A stretch of 64,000 bases of DNA from the human T2T-CHM13v2.0 reference genome, Homo sapiens. The notes under the pieces were generated by a model. That model ran no database searches and had not been told where the DNA came from. It was given only the letters and a program-made list of their open reading frames with translations. Below, piece by piece: positions 25,735 through 37,970 of this stretch. The translations under genes were made by a program, and so were the position numbers. The DNA is taken from NCBI RefSeq assembly GCF_009914755.1, contig NC_060945.1. One strand, given 5' to 3'. Positions within the stretch are counted from its first letter, which is position 1. Each line of letters opens with the position of its first letter.

Positions 25735-28433
25735 GACGCCATATAAAACCCCAATCCAGCCTTTCCAGCCTTGTCTGCTGCCACCAACTCCTGCTGCTTG
25801 TCCACTCCTTTGCTGGTGTCACCGTCCTTGGGATGTGAGCTCTGTGAATGCCCGGCACTGTGCTGTGGTATCAGCAGGTCCCCGACCAGGAACAGCTGAG
25901 CCAGGAGGGGCCGTGCTGCAGAGGTGGCCAGCGGGTCAGGGTACAAGGCCAGAGAGGGTTCTCTGAGAGAGAATTGCATCATATGGGGGTTCCCCTGCAT
26001 GGCTATGCATCAGAAGCAGGGATGAATCCATTTCACACTCTCCCCATTTACTGCTTCAGAGCCCCTGGGGAGGAAAACTCCCAGGTTGCCCAGGAAACTC
26101 CAAGGTGGCCCTTGGGACCCTGGACAGCTGGCCTTCCACTGGCTGCCAGCCTCACCCTGGCTCCCTGCCTCTGCTCAGGGAAGGCCAGTCCTAACACGCG
26201 ACATCTCCCCTCTTGGAGAAACCACTAGGGGCAGCCGTCAGTGTGATGGGTGGGCGCCTGGCCCCAGAGCGGGCTCCACACTCGGCTGGGCACCTCCCTC
26301 TCCAGGGCCTGTTCCAGCACTGAGTGCGCCTTTGGGGATCGTGCACCGTGAGCAGCACAGCTGGACCCCAGGTGAGGGCACTTCACCTCCCAGGCCTGGT
26401 CTCCACACCCGGGTCACAGAGAGACATGTCAGCTGAGGAAGCAGGGCAGGCGGCCTCTTCCTTCAACACCTTTAACTTCCTTTAAATGGAGAAGGGAGGC
26501 TGCTCCTGGGGAACACAGAGGGCCGCTCCACTGTAAAACCACAGCAGCTGTGCACCAGGATGGGCCTCAGGGACCAGCCAGCCCAGGGATGGCCGGTGCC
26601 CCCACCCTCTGACAAATGCACCCAGGAGTCAAGCATGGGGGTGTCCTCGGCACCTGGATTGGAAGGTTCTTGCCATTGTGGATGGGGTCTGACCTCCTGG
26701 ACTTCGGTGGGTAACCGAAGGCTCCAGCACGCAGCTTCAGAAAGACCAGAGCCAGGCCCAGGTGCCCTCTCCAGCCGACATCGGGCTGTGGCCTCTGGGC
26801 TGCTTCTCCTTCCTGTGGCTTCCAAGTCCCAGGGTACATCGGTGCCCTTCTGTGTCCTGGCAGTTTTAGAGAAAAGGAATGAAGCAGCTGTATTCACATA
26901 CATGTAGTAAATGTGAAATTTTCACAGCAGCACCATTAGGTCTCTAATTTTATTACGTCGAAAGTTGCATGTTGGCAGGAGTGATATGGCTAACAGCAGT
27001 TAGGACTGTGCAGCTGACTTGGTTGACATTTTACACCATGTTGCTGTCTGTGTTGAACACGCAGTTGGGGCTGCAACTTACATGGCCTTTTATCCTCTTT
27101 CTACCGAAATGGTTGGAAAACAGAAGGGTTCCATGGAGAAATGGCAGATTCTGGGTGGGGAAGCACAAATGAGCCTGAGCACATGACAGCCCCAAGGTAG
27201 AAAACCCATCGCCCTGGAGGGACACCGAAGCCCACCTGAAAGAGCCTCTCATGGCCAACAGCAAAGATCGTGCGAGGCTGCGTGACAGCGCAGAGTAAAA
27301 CAGGCACAATGCAGACTGCGGGGGAGATGGACAGCCCTTCCTTACACAGGCAGTTACACACACGTGATGCAGCTGTGCCCCTCCGGCCGGCAGCGACCCC
27401 TCCCCTGAGCGTGGCCCTGGGAGCAGGATTGGTAGAGGAAACAGTGTGGCGAGGAGCAGCCCTTGGCAGCGACCCCCGTGGAGGTGCAGTGCTCGCCTTG
27501 GGTGCAAATGACTGTGTTCGGCCTCCACTCCGAGGCTGCTGGCAGTGACCCCTCCGAGCAGGGCCGCTCTGTACCTCCCCTCGCCCTCACTGGGCTCTTG
27601 GCGGCACTGAGCCAGCGGCTCCTCCTGCCCATCCTGGGCCCTGTGGAGGCCCCTGCCCCAGTTCCCCTCCTGCCTCTGGGCTGCTCCTTCCCAGTCACAC
27701 CCTCAGCTCCTCCCTTCACAAGCGCTGTGGCTTGGTGTGCAGCCGCCTCCATGCCTTCTCACCTCTGCCAGCACCCCCTCTCAGCTGCTGCCTGGTCAGC
27801 TTCCTTCTCCCCACCGCACACAGCAGGTGAGAAGGACACTTACCCACAGCACCCACCTGGGCCTCACATCTGCTGGTAGCCACCCACCTTCCACCCCACT
27901 GGCAACCAGGCCCTGCCTGCCTGTTCTGCTTTGCCTTCCAGCAGGCTGTTTGTGAACACCACAGGCCCACCCACACCAGCCTCAACGCTCAGTGTCCAGT
28001 CCTGCCCCAGCCAGCTGGGGCAACAGCCTGGGCCCTTGCCAGCCTGGGTGCCAGCCCCACCACCCAAGCTTTAGGGCCAGAGCACGCCTTGAGTGATTCT
28101 GCCATTGTTCTCCCCATCCGTAACAGGAACCCCACACCGAGAGCTGCTCAAGATTAAATTAGTCAGCAGTGCCAGATGCAGAGCGAGAGTTGTCTTAATG
28201 TGGCCACCGTATCCTCCTCCTCTTCTTCCCTGACCCCTCCGTGTTCATAAGCTCAGTGCTTGCAGACAGCACTGAGGGCAGAGCCTGCCCAGTGGAGAGG
28301 AATGGACTGGATGGCGCCAGCTGGGCCTGCTTCTCGCCCTGCACTTCAGCTTGTGCCTCCTTTGGCCCCAAAATTATAGGTACAGACTACAAGGAAATAA
28401 GAGAGAGACAGAACGGGATCCACTCAAAGGTCA

Positions 28434-28822
28434 TGGTTTTAGTACGTTTCTGCTGCTAGAACAAGATACCCAACACTGGGCAATTTATAAACAGAATCAA
28501 TGTATCACTCACCATTATGGAGGCTGGCAATCCAGGATCAAGACTCTAGCAGGTTTTGCGCCTGGGAAGGGTCGGCCTGTCTGAGACAGCACCTTGAACG
28601 CTGCTTCCCCTGGAGGCCACGAACGCTGTGTCCCCATGGTGGATGGGATGTAAGGGTAAAAAGGACCCTGCTAGTTTTCTTGAGCCTTTTTATGAGGCAC
28701 TGGTCCATTTCTGAGAGCGGAGTCTCATGGCCTAATCACCTCCTGATACCATCACACTGGGTCTTAAGTTTCAACATAGGAATTGGGGTGGGGGGGGGGA
28801 CACGTACATTTAAATCATAGCA
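28434..28822 (-). mobile_element. MST/MLT1A-type MaLR LTR
   Basis: ttagtacgtttctgctgctagaacaagatacc...ggaggctggcaatccaggatcaag...taagtttcaacatagg...catagca. Confidence 0.7.
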
Positions 28823-31800
28823 ACAAACATTACATTATTAGTTACTGTAACAATTCAAAATACCTGGAATTGTCAGTCACTGCATATTTTTATGCATCAG
28901 AATAAATGCATAAAAATGCACAAAATGCAATACCGTGGGGAATCTGCTCCCTTTTATGCAGACTTCAATATAGTAACATAGAAAAATATTTCATGTATAA
29001 TAGCAAGAAAAACAAACATGGTTGGTTACTATTTTTGCTAAAAAGATATAAAAACACAGGCCTACTAGACCAAAGTCTGAATAGGCAGATCTCAAGATAA
29101 CACATATCAACCGTGGTCCTTCTGGGTAATGATCAGTGACAGGTTTTTCTTTTGCATGTACACATATTCTATTTTTTTCTGTATGAACCTCCGATACTCG
29201 TTATTTTAGCTTCTTTCTTTAATAAGCAATCGACTGACTTTGCTTGGTCAGTAAGACATGCAGGACACCACACACTGTCTCTGTGCCTTGTCTGGCATCA
29301 GAAAGCTGCAAGCACATTGCGTGGGCCCCAGCAGGAGCCAGCTCAGCCTGTCCCCGACGAAACCGGGCCCTCTTCACAGCCCAGTGGCTTCTCTTTGCAT
29401 TCACATTTCACTTCTGCCTGTTGTGTGTGCTTTTCCCATTACCGCCCCTGAGTCTTGTGTAACATGGTGGGATCAAGGTAAGAAGCCTGTAACAGAACAG
29501 AGGGTGACTTTCTCCTACTCTGTGGCAGAAGTGCCTAGTTTGATGGGTGGAGCAGTGTGCATCCTGTACCTCCTCTCTTGGCCCCGAGTGTCTGGGCTGT
29601 GGGGTCCTGGGCTAGGCCTTTCCACCCCACCTACCTGGGGCACAGCTGGCATCAGGACCACATTTGAGGCTGCAGCTCGTCCACTCAGCTTTGCATGGGT
29701 CTTTCTTGTGGGGCAGACCTGGAACATCTCAGTCACAACAAAGAAGAAAACAGGGAAAGGAGGGAATTTCCAGTTCATGCTGTTTCAGGTACCTCCTCCT
29801 GGTGAGGAATAGCCTCATCCTGCAGTCCATGAGGACCTGCAAGAGCGTCACCAGCCAAGCCCAGGTCAGCCCCGCTGTCCGGGTAGGGACCTGCTTTATG
29901 CCTACGCCACCCATGGCAGACTGGCGGCAGCAGCAGCAAAAGCTCGTGTCTTAGGAGCTGTGTTGGGATTAATGCTGGGTCCTGGGGTTTCTGCCCCCAC
30001 CCACCCCTTCCTATTCCAGGGGCTTAGCTGCTGCGGCCGTGTGTCCTGCAGGCTCGCCGGGCTGCTGAGTCGCCCCTGTTGGGGGAAGGGGGTATTGAAA
30101 TGACAGCGCATGAGTGCTGGGTCCACCCTCCAAGGGCATGAGGGGAGCTGGGCAAAAAGTGGGTCACATGTGCCTGGCCCATGTCACGCGGCTCCCGCCC
30201 GAGGCCAATGGGGTGGGCAGCCTCCCTCGGTGGAGAGCGAAGCACCACTCTCCTTTTTCTCCGGTAGCATCTCATCTTGTCTAAACGGGGAGAGTGGCCA
30301 TCTGTCCGATACCCACATCAAACCTGATCGTTCCCAGCCTCACAGAGCTGCTTTGTTCCAAGGTAAGGGATTGAGGGCCCTGGGTGAGCGGTCCGCGGGC
30401 AGGACGGTTGGCTGAGATTGGCTTCGACGGGAGTCCCAGGCAATGTGGCAGGCAGAGTTTGTGCTTGGTTGACTGTCGGGGAAATGCCTAGAGGAACCGC
30501 ATAGCCGTGCACGATGCGTTACGATGAAAAAGCGGAAATTGTGTTAGGTTTAAGCCCGCTCAGATGATGAGGCTCCCGTCAGGCCGGCTGTTCCACTAAC
30601 AGGGTTCCTTCTGAGGACCCATAGCAAGTGTCAATAATCTTCTTTACTAGTCGAGTGTTATTATTTATGGAAACATAAACGTGGCTTTACGGATGTTTAT
30701 CAATCAGAGATACTGGATGTGGTATGGGAGTGTGACTCTCACCTGTGCAAACACTGGTCACCCTTGTGGGGCCAGACTTTTCTGTCTGATGAGTGCCTTC
30801 CATCACTGCTTCTGTGGGTGAACGCTGGCCTCTGAACTGAACAGGTGATTACATCCCCGCCACTAGCGTGGGGTACTGAAGTCCAACATCCGAGTGAGGC
30901 GGGGTCATGGGTGCTGCCGATGGATGGAGAGCATGCACTTTTGCAGCTTGGTGCTTAAAATGGGGAAGAACATGATTCTCTTAACCTCAGGAAGGCCAGT
31001 GAGCAGGATTTCTGTGTGATGAAGCCATCAGGGAATGCATAATACTTCAAAATGTTGAGAAAATGATGCTGAGTTTTTCAGTTCATAAGTTACAACAAAA
31101 TTTTATATTTTCACCTATTGTAAATGAACTAAAGTGTTCCCTTAGCTCAGGATCCTTCTGGTGAACGTATTTTGGCAGTTGTGAGTACAATAGAGAGGGT
31201 TTGCAGTGTCTGTGTGGTGTGTCGACCATCGCTGCCATGTTTAGTCACATTTCCTGCTCCTGCTTGCATTTGCTGGGAAAAATGTTCCCAGAAATAGCTT
31301 GCCAGAGCCAAAGTCATAACGGAGTTTGATTTGAATGTGTCCTATCAGTTTTTCCTTTCAGAGATAAATATTTTAAATTTGTGTTTTAACTCGCTTTCCA
31401 GGCAAGTGGGTCTGTGACCAAGTTCATAGAAATAAATATGAACACTTTAGATTTTTAAATTCTTCTACATTTTAGTTGTATCGAATAGCAGTTGTACCCT
31501 TGATAACAAAAAGAAGCTTTTCTCTGCGTGAAAGTAATGCCTTTTGAAAACATTCTGCATTTAGGCTAATACCCAGTTCCTACCAACTACAGCCTTCAAA
31601 TGAATTTCATGTAATATTTCTAAAGGACTGTTTCTTACCCACTGCCAATCTTGAGGAAAGGGAATTTTTCTCTCATTTCATTAAGATGGGGTAGAAGAAT
31701 TTAATGTTTTTCATATTTATGATTATAAATGCTTCTTTTACGCTTGGGGAAAGTCCCACTTATTTTGATGCAGTTTTTAACATTATCTCCATTCTTCTGC

Positions 31801-33649
31801 TCCACCTGACGTGTATCCCAGAACTTGGCTTAATGGGAGCAATTAGTCATCGTATGTGGTCAGAAGACAGGGAGATGCCGCTGTAATGAGCATGCCTGCT
31901 CATGTTTAAAAAATTACAAAATCGTAGCCCACCCCCAGTCGCCTTTAGGGGAGAATGCGTACCGCTATCTCCAGGAACAAAGCATGCCCTGCGCGGCCGG
32001 TGCTACTGGATGGATATTCCTTCGCTTCTATCAGTGGAAGATATCGCTGTTCCTGCAGAAATAACGAAATGGAACAATGCAGAAGCAACAAGGTGATGTC
32101 CCCTTTGTACTTCTCAGAAGAACCTCCGTGCCTCCCGCCCCATCCGCCACTGAGTATCTCATGCAGCGGCGTGTCCTCTGGCACCAGGCAGGGACTGATG
32201 TTCTCCCTCACATTGGCCTCATTCCTCTGGGTCCTGACTCATTTGGGAACTGAAAGGGCTGCTCGGTGGAGCTGGGTTTGAGGATGGTCTTCCGCAAGGC
32301 CCTGCAGACGCCACACAGCCTTCTCCATGTGTGGGGTGTGTGTTATCACCCGGAGCTGTGGGCTCTGCTCGGAAAGCGGGGACTGGTGCTGCTTCTGCAC
32401 GGCCAGGACCTCGGCAGGGCAGGCGGCTGTCCTGCAGAGGCCTCAGGCGGGCTCAGGGTGTGCACCCCCCACAGCCGGAGCCTCCCAAAGAAACATTTTC
32501 ACCCCAGCTGAGGTGACTGAAGGGACTCAGGGCCACAGGCCGGATGCTATGACAGGGTCTCCAGGACCCCCGCATGGACTGGACCATCTGTGGGCAGAGC
32601 CAGCAGGCTTGGCCTGTCCTGCCGCACTCCAGCCAGCAGAATAGCAGTGGGCTTCCTTCTCCAAGCATGGGCTGCGGTGTTTCAATGAAATAGGACAAGT
32701 CAGTGGCTCTCCACGTGTGACCCCTGGACCCCCCTTGCCATCACCTGAGAACCTTCTGGACCTTCTGGATCTGTAAATTCTCAGCTTTCCTCCCCACCAG
32801 ACTATGTCAGAAGCACTGAGGTAGGGCCCAGCTGAGTGTCCACACCTTGCACCCAGGGCCAGGGGCACAGCCTGTGCTGTTCAGTGAGCCATCAGGTCAG
32901 ATATGAACCAGACAGACCTGTGGCCCAGTGACAGGAATTCCAGGTGCACAGGCCAGGGTTCTTATCACAAGGAAATGACACAGGGCCTGCCCCATCTGCC
33001 CTGATGCCGAGCAAAAGAGAGGCTCATGGAACGTGAGAGGAGAAGGGGCTGTGGAGAAAATGTGGTCCTGCTCGCTCATGGTCAAGGTTAACAGGAACCC
33101 AAGACAGAGGCTGGGTGGGAGGGACGTTGTGGCAGAGGCTGTGAGGCCTCCAGGGGCTCAGGAGAAATGAAGGGTCTGTGTCTCTGGGGCAGGAACCAGC
33201 CACAGATGGCCTTAGGGGAGGAGAGGACCTGGGGAGGGGTCTGGTGGGAGGCGGGGGTGGCTGGAGCAATCCCAGAGAGGCTGAGGTGTTCAGGCTGGCC
33301 CCAGATGCACACGAGCGTGAAGCCTGTTCAGAAGCCAGCTCCTCACACCCTCTCCCCTGCCAGAGGCTCCAGCACCTCCTCCCCTCTCCTCTCCCCTCCC
33401 TTCCCTGTGGTCCTCCTGCCCACCCCACCCCCGTCTGCATGTGCACCGTCACGGAGATGCGTGTACTAGGGCGGAGGTCGGGGACAGTCGTCAGAAGGAC
33501 ACAGGAAAGAAGGGAACAGGAATCCCATAACAGAACATTATCCGGCAGGAGTAATTAACACAGGCAGGACTGGAGGCTTTGTTTTGTTTTGCTTAAAAAA
33601 CAGTGGTATTTAAATTAATGGGCATGGGAAGACTATTCAGTGAAAGACA

Positions 33650-35012
33650 TCGGTCATTGAGGTATCTATTCAAAAACACGGTTTAGTACTCTGCCACACA
33701 CCGAACGCAACGCCACAGCAGCCATAGAAGCGTGTGTGGCTGTTTAACGTGGTCTTTTTGGGGAGGGCATCCTAGGCAGAGCAGGCGTGGAAGGGAAGGC
33801 GGCGGACGGAACAAAACGCGGGCACGCAACGGCTGCTGCGCCGGATCTGAGGCAGGGCCAGCCTGTGGGAGCAGCAACATCGCTCGCAGGACAGCGATGG
33901 AGCCCCCACGAATCAGCGTGAAAGCAGCAACCACCTAGAAATGAACGTACAGCTGCTTAGAAACAGAATACGGATGACCCGAAAGACTTCCCGATGGTAG
34001 TCACCAGCACACAGGACCTGGCACGGGCGTGCGGGCAGGGTGTGCCGCTACGGGGTCCCTGGCGCACCTGCTACCCCTGCTACCCGCATTCACCGCACGC
34101 GGAGGGTGCGGGCCGTGAAGGTTATACATGCAAATATCCTTCCACCAGCCAGTTCTCCTTCCAGGAATCTGCCACCCGACCCTTGTGTTGTGCACAGACA
34201 TGGTCCAGGTGTTTGCGACGTGATTGTTTATCAGAGAGAGAGAAGGGAAATCTCCAGGCTCGCTGTAGCTGCAGGAGCTCTGGGGGCTGCGCCCATCGTG
34301 GAGACGGATAGCTGTCTCTCATGAACACAGGACAGCAAGTCCGGCTGCGGCCACAGAAGACTCGCCCTCCTGGACGCAGCGTCTTCCTTCCTCAGCCCCA
34401 CACTGGAGGTGGCCAGTGCCATCCACAGCAGAAGGGGCCAGCCGGGACCAGGCTCACGCCGTGGAATTCTGCTCTGTGGTAAGAGGAAGAGCGATAGCTG
34501 GAACCCAGCGCCGTCGCACACACAGCGGGGAAGAGTCTCAGAAATGTTACTTTGAGTCAAAAAGCTGGACAAAAAAAGGCGCAAGCCAGATGGTGCTGAA
34601 GAGGCCACAGGAGGCTGGCAGCCAGGGGGTCTGGCACCTCACTCGGAGGCGCAGTGGGCCCGTCCGGAATTAGTGGCCATGCGGCAAGTGCCGAGTGGAC
34701 ATCAAACCGTCACTTCAGACTCCTGCGCTTCACTGCCTGTCGGTTATGCCTGGGTTTTGAAATCAAGTCACAGAACACCTGGAATGTGGTGTTTACGCAG
34801 AACAAAGCGGGTGCCTCGGAGGAGAGAGCCCAGGGACAGGGGCACCTCCCGGTGTGGGTGCCCAGGGTTGCAGGGTGGCTTCCTCTGTCTGCGCGGTTTT
34901 CAGAGCCCCAGGGTCCTGCCTGCCCGGCTGCCTGGAGGCGGCCCACATCCTGCTCTGCGCCGCCGAATCTCAGCCTGAACAGCTTCGCTGGTGTTTGTGT
35001 TGACTTATTTGT

Positions 35013-35044
<32 letters not shown>

Positions 35045-35950
35045 AAAGGATTCCGATGCTGTTACAGTCAATAAAAGCCACAGGTCTGGGTGACCTACAA
35101 ATGTGTGTGTCTGACTTTCTGCAGTTTAAATCGCCACTGAGCCTTAGGGCGTCTGGCCCGCGCATTGAGGAATCCACGTGGGTCTCGGGGTCCCCATGCC
35201 TGCCCAGCTCCCTGCTTCAGCCTGGGCGGGTCTGGCGGGCATTTCTGCGAGCCTGTCCCTGGGCCCGCCTCCTGGCCAGACTTCCAGAAACATTGTCCAC
35301 ATCCCCGTTGCACGTCCCCCCGTCACCGGAAACTGCAGCCCACAGCACTGGGAAGAACGCGGGAGGCAGGCGTTAGGACGGGGTGGCCGAGACAGGGAAG
35401 GGAGCCATGGCGGACGTCCTCACCCAAGCCAGGGCTTCCTGCCCCTGTGGTACTGACAGGAGCCCCGCAGGACGTGGGGTTGGCTTTGGGCAGCTCGGTG
35501 GACACTTCTCTTTCAGATCCTGCCACAGCAAAGCTCACGAGACTCACTTCTTCCCATTGGAATTCAGTAAGAACAAATTCAACAATTCAGACGCCCCAGC
35601 TGGAGGTTTATTTTATGGATTTTACCTGTGCGGTATTTAGGGTTGTGTTTATGAATAAAGGTGTGCGTTCTGGCAAGTAGAAATACAGAGCTTGTCTTTC
35701 ACCCAAGTATCTGTAACTTTCTCCAGTGCAGACACTAAAATGCAATAAAAACAAACCAAACCCATTAAACATGAATTAGATGAGGCAGGCTGATGGGAGG
35801 TTGTGGGATTAACAGGCCGTCAGCGGATTGAAGCTGCGCACATCGCTGGGATGCTGCTGCGGGAGGATTCGGTCTAATCCGGGAGCATCTGGCTGGGCAG
35901 TGGGCAGCGTCTGCAGTCGTGGCTGCTTGAAGGTATGAAGGTTGTGGCCT
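33650..35950. promoter_or_regulatory. Intragenic CpG-rich region / CpG-island-like
   Basis: Visibly dense CpG (e.g. 33781-34120, 35140-35400) in apparently non-repetitive sequence; obs/exp ratio not computed. Confidence 0.6.
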
Positions 35951-37581
35951 TTGCTTCCCCCCATCAGGCTGCCCCACCCTGGACCCCACCCAGACCCCTC
36001 GGGCACCCTGGGGTCATCTTCAGCTCCCCCTTCTCTTCCTTCCTTCTCTTCCGCCTGGGCCCCTACTGTGACCCGAGGTCAGCAGAGGACCCTGGCAGGT
36101 GGCTGCTCCCTGGGACTCGACTGTGCAGGTGAGGCTTGGGGTGACCGCTGCTCCTGCTCCTGCTCCTCTCGCCGTCCCCACCCTCCTCCATCATGCTGTC
36201 AACATGCATGTGGGCTGCAGCCCTCAGCCTGCAGGACGCTGTCAGTGCAGCTCCTCAGTGGCCAGGGCAGCTCCACCACTGGGAGGAGATGGGTGTGGAG
36301 ACCTCGGTGGACAGAAGGGCAGTGGGGCCTGGGGAGTGTGACCCCAGGGCCCCAGGGCCTGTCCCCTCGCCACCAACGTTGCATGCCACCACACCTGGCA
36401 CCTCTTTGGATCCCTGCAGCCCTGATCACAGAGCTGCGTATGCATTCCCTCGCAGGCAGGGCCCACCAAGGTGCTGTGGCCGCACTGGGGTTTAGCACCA
36501 GTGCCTTCAAACCAGTGGTGCCTGGCCCAACCACTGACTCACACTGTGCTTAGCTTTTTAGTCGGATTTTTTTAGCTGTTAGTCACACTTCAGACTTTAA
36601 TTTTTTGTGTATGTTTCTTATCTAAGTTATCTTTATTTTTATTGAATTTATTTTTGTTCATTTATTTTTTTAGTTGTAATGTTATCGCTTTATCTTAATC
36701 TTCATAAATCTATTTTAACTACTTTTATCATTTATTTATCTTGTATCACTCATTTTATTCCCTTTAAAGTTTTACTCAACATTTATTATCTTCTGGGTTT
36801 TTCTTAGTGATTTTTTTTCTTTTGGGAAGATTCTTAATGGTTTTAGTTGCTTTAGCTTATATCTTTTTTAAGGAGATATTTTTAGCAGATACCATTTGTC
36901 ATATTCTTAAAATATTAAGACGCTGAAAGAAATGATTTGCTAATCTAATTTTAGCTTATTTTCCTGTCATAATAGAGTGGTCTATCATCTTACCTGTGAT
37001 GACGAATGAGTCTCCTAAAAACATTAATTCATGCATCCACGGGACCTGCCAGCCCCATGCACACCCTTCCTAGGGCAGCAGGGAGGCCGGGAGCTGCGTC
37101 TCCTGCTTCCCTCCTCCCCAGCCCTCCATGGAGACACTCATGACCACCGCCTGCAGCCTTGTGCGGCCAGACCCGGTTGGGAGCAGCTCTGGTTGGCTGG
37201 AAGCTCCTGGGGTCTGAAGTGATGAGGCCTGGCCCTGCACCCCGGGCTCTTCCTGTGCACAGCAGGGTTGACTGGGAGGACCAGAGGGTCCAAACCCTAC
37301 TGCCACTGCCCACCGCCTGCCACGCGACCGTGGGCCAAGCCACTCAGTGCCTCTGGCCTCTGGCCTCTTTCCCCAGCTGCGTGTGTCCAGCTAGCAAGTT
37401 TGTGAGTAGTGTTACCCTGTTTCTGTTCCCACCACACTCATCCTGTTCTGAAGGCAGAGGGGATGGTGAGTCTTCTTAGGACAGGGAAGTCAGCCCTCTC
37501 ATGCGCAGAACCCCTGTGGCACCTGGCCGGCCTTCACACCAGGTCTTCACACCCCTCATGAGACCAGCCAGGAAATGGGGG

Positions 37582-37970
37582 CCCCCAGGGGAGGCTGTAT
37601 AGCCCAGTGCCAGGGAGAGCCCAGCACCCGCTGGGGAAGGCCATGCAGCCCAGTGCCCGGGAGAGACAGGAACCCCCTACAGGAAGGCAGTGCAGCCCAG
37701 TGCCCAGGAGAGATGGGAACCCCCCAGGGAAGGCCGTGCAGCCCAGTGCCCAGGAGAGATGGGAACCCCCCAGGGAAGGCCGTGCAGCCCAGTGCCCAGG
37801 AGAGATGGGAACCCCCCAGGGAAGGCCGTGCAGCCCAGTGCCTGGGAGAGACAGGCACCCCCCAGGGAAGGCCGTGCAGTCCAGTGCCTGGGAGAGACGG
37901 GCACCCCCTTGGGAAGGCCGTGCAGCCCAGTAACCCCCAGGAAGGCCATGCAGCCCAGTGCCCTGGAGAG
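37582..37970. repeat. Minisatellite, 46-bp unit x~8
   Basis: gcag(c/t)ccagt recurs at 37645, 37692, 37738, 37784, 37830, 37876 and 37922. Confidence 0.93.

Noticed and set aside
33650-35040. Minus-strand processed pseudogene with the T26 tract as its poly(A) tail
   Set aside because: No recognisable coding homology or TSD; a BLAT search would be needed to revive the idea.
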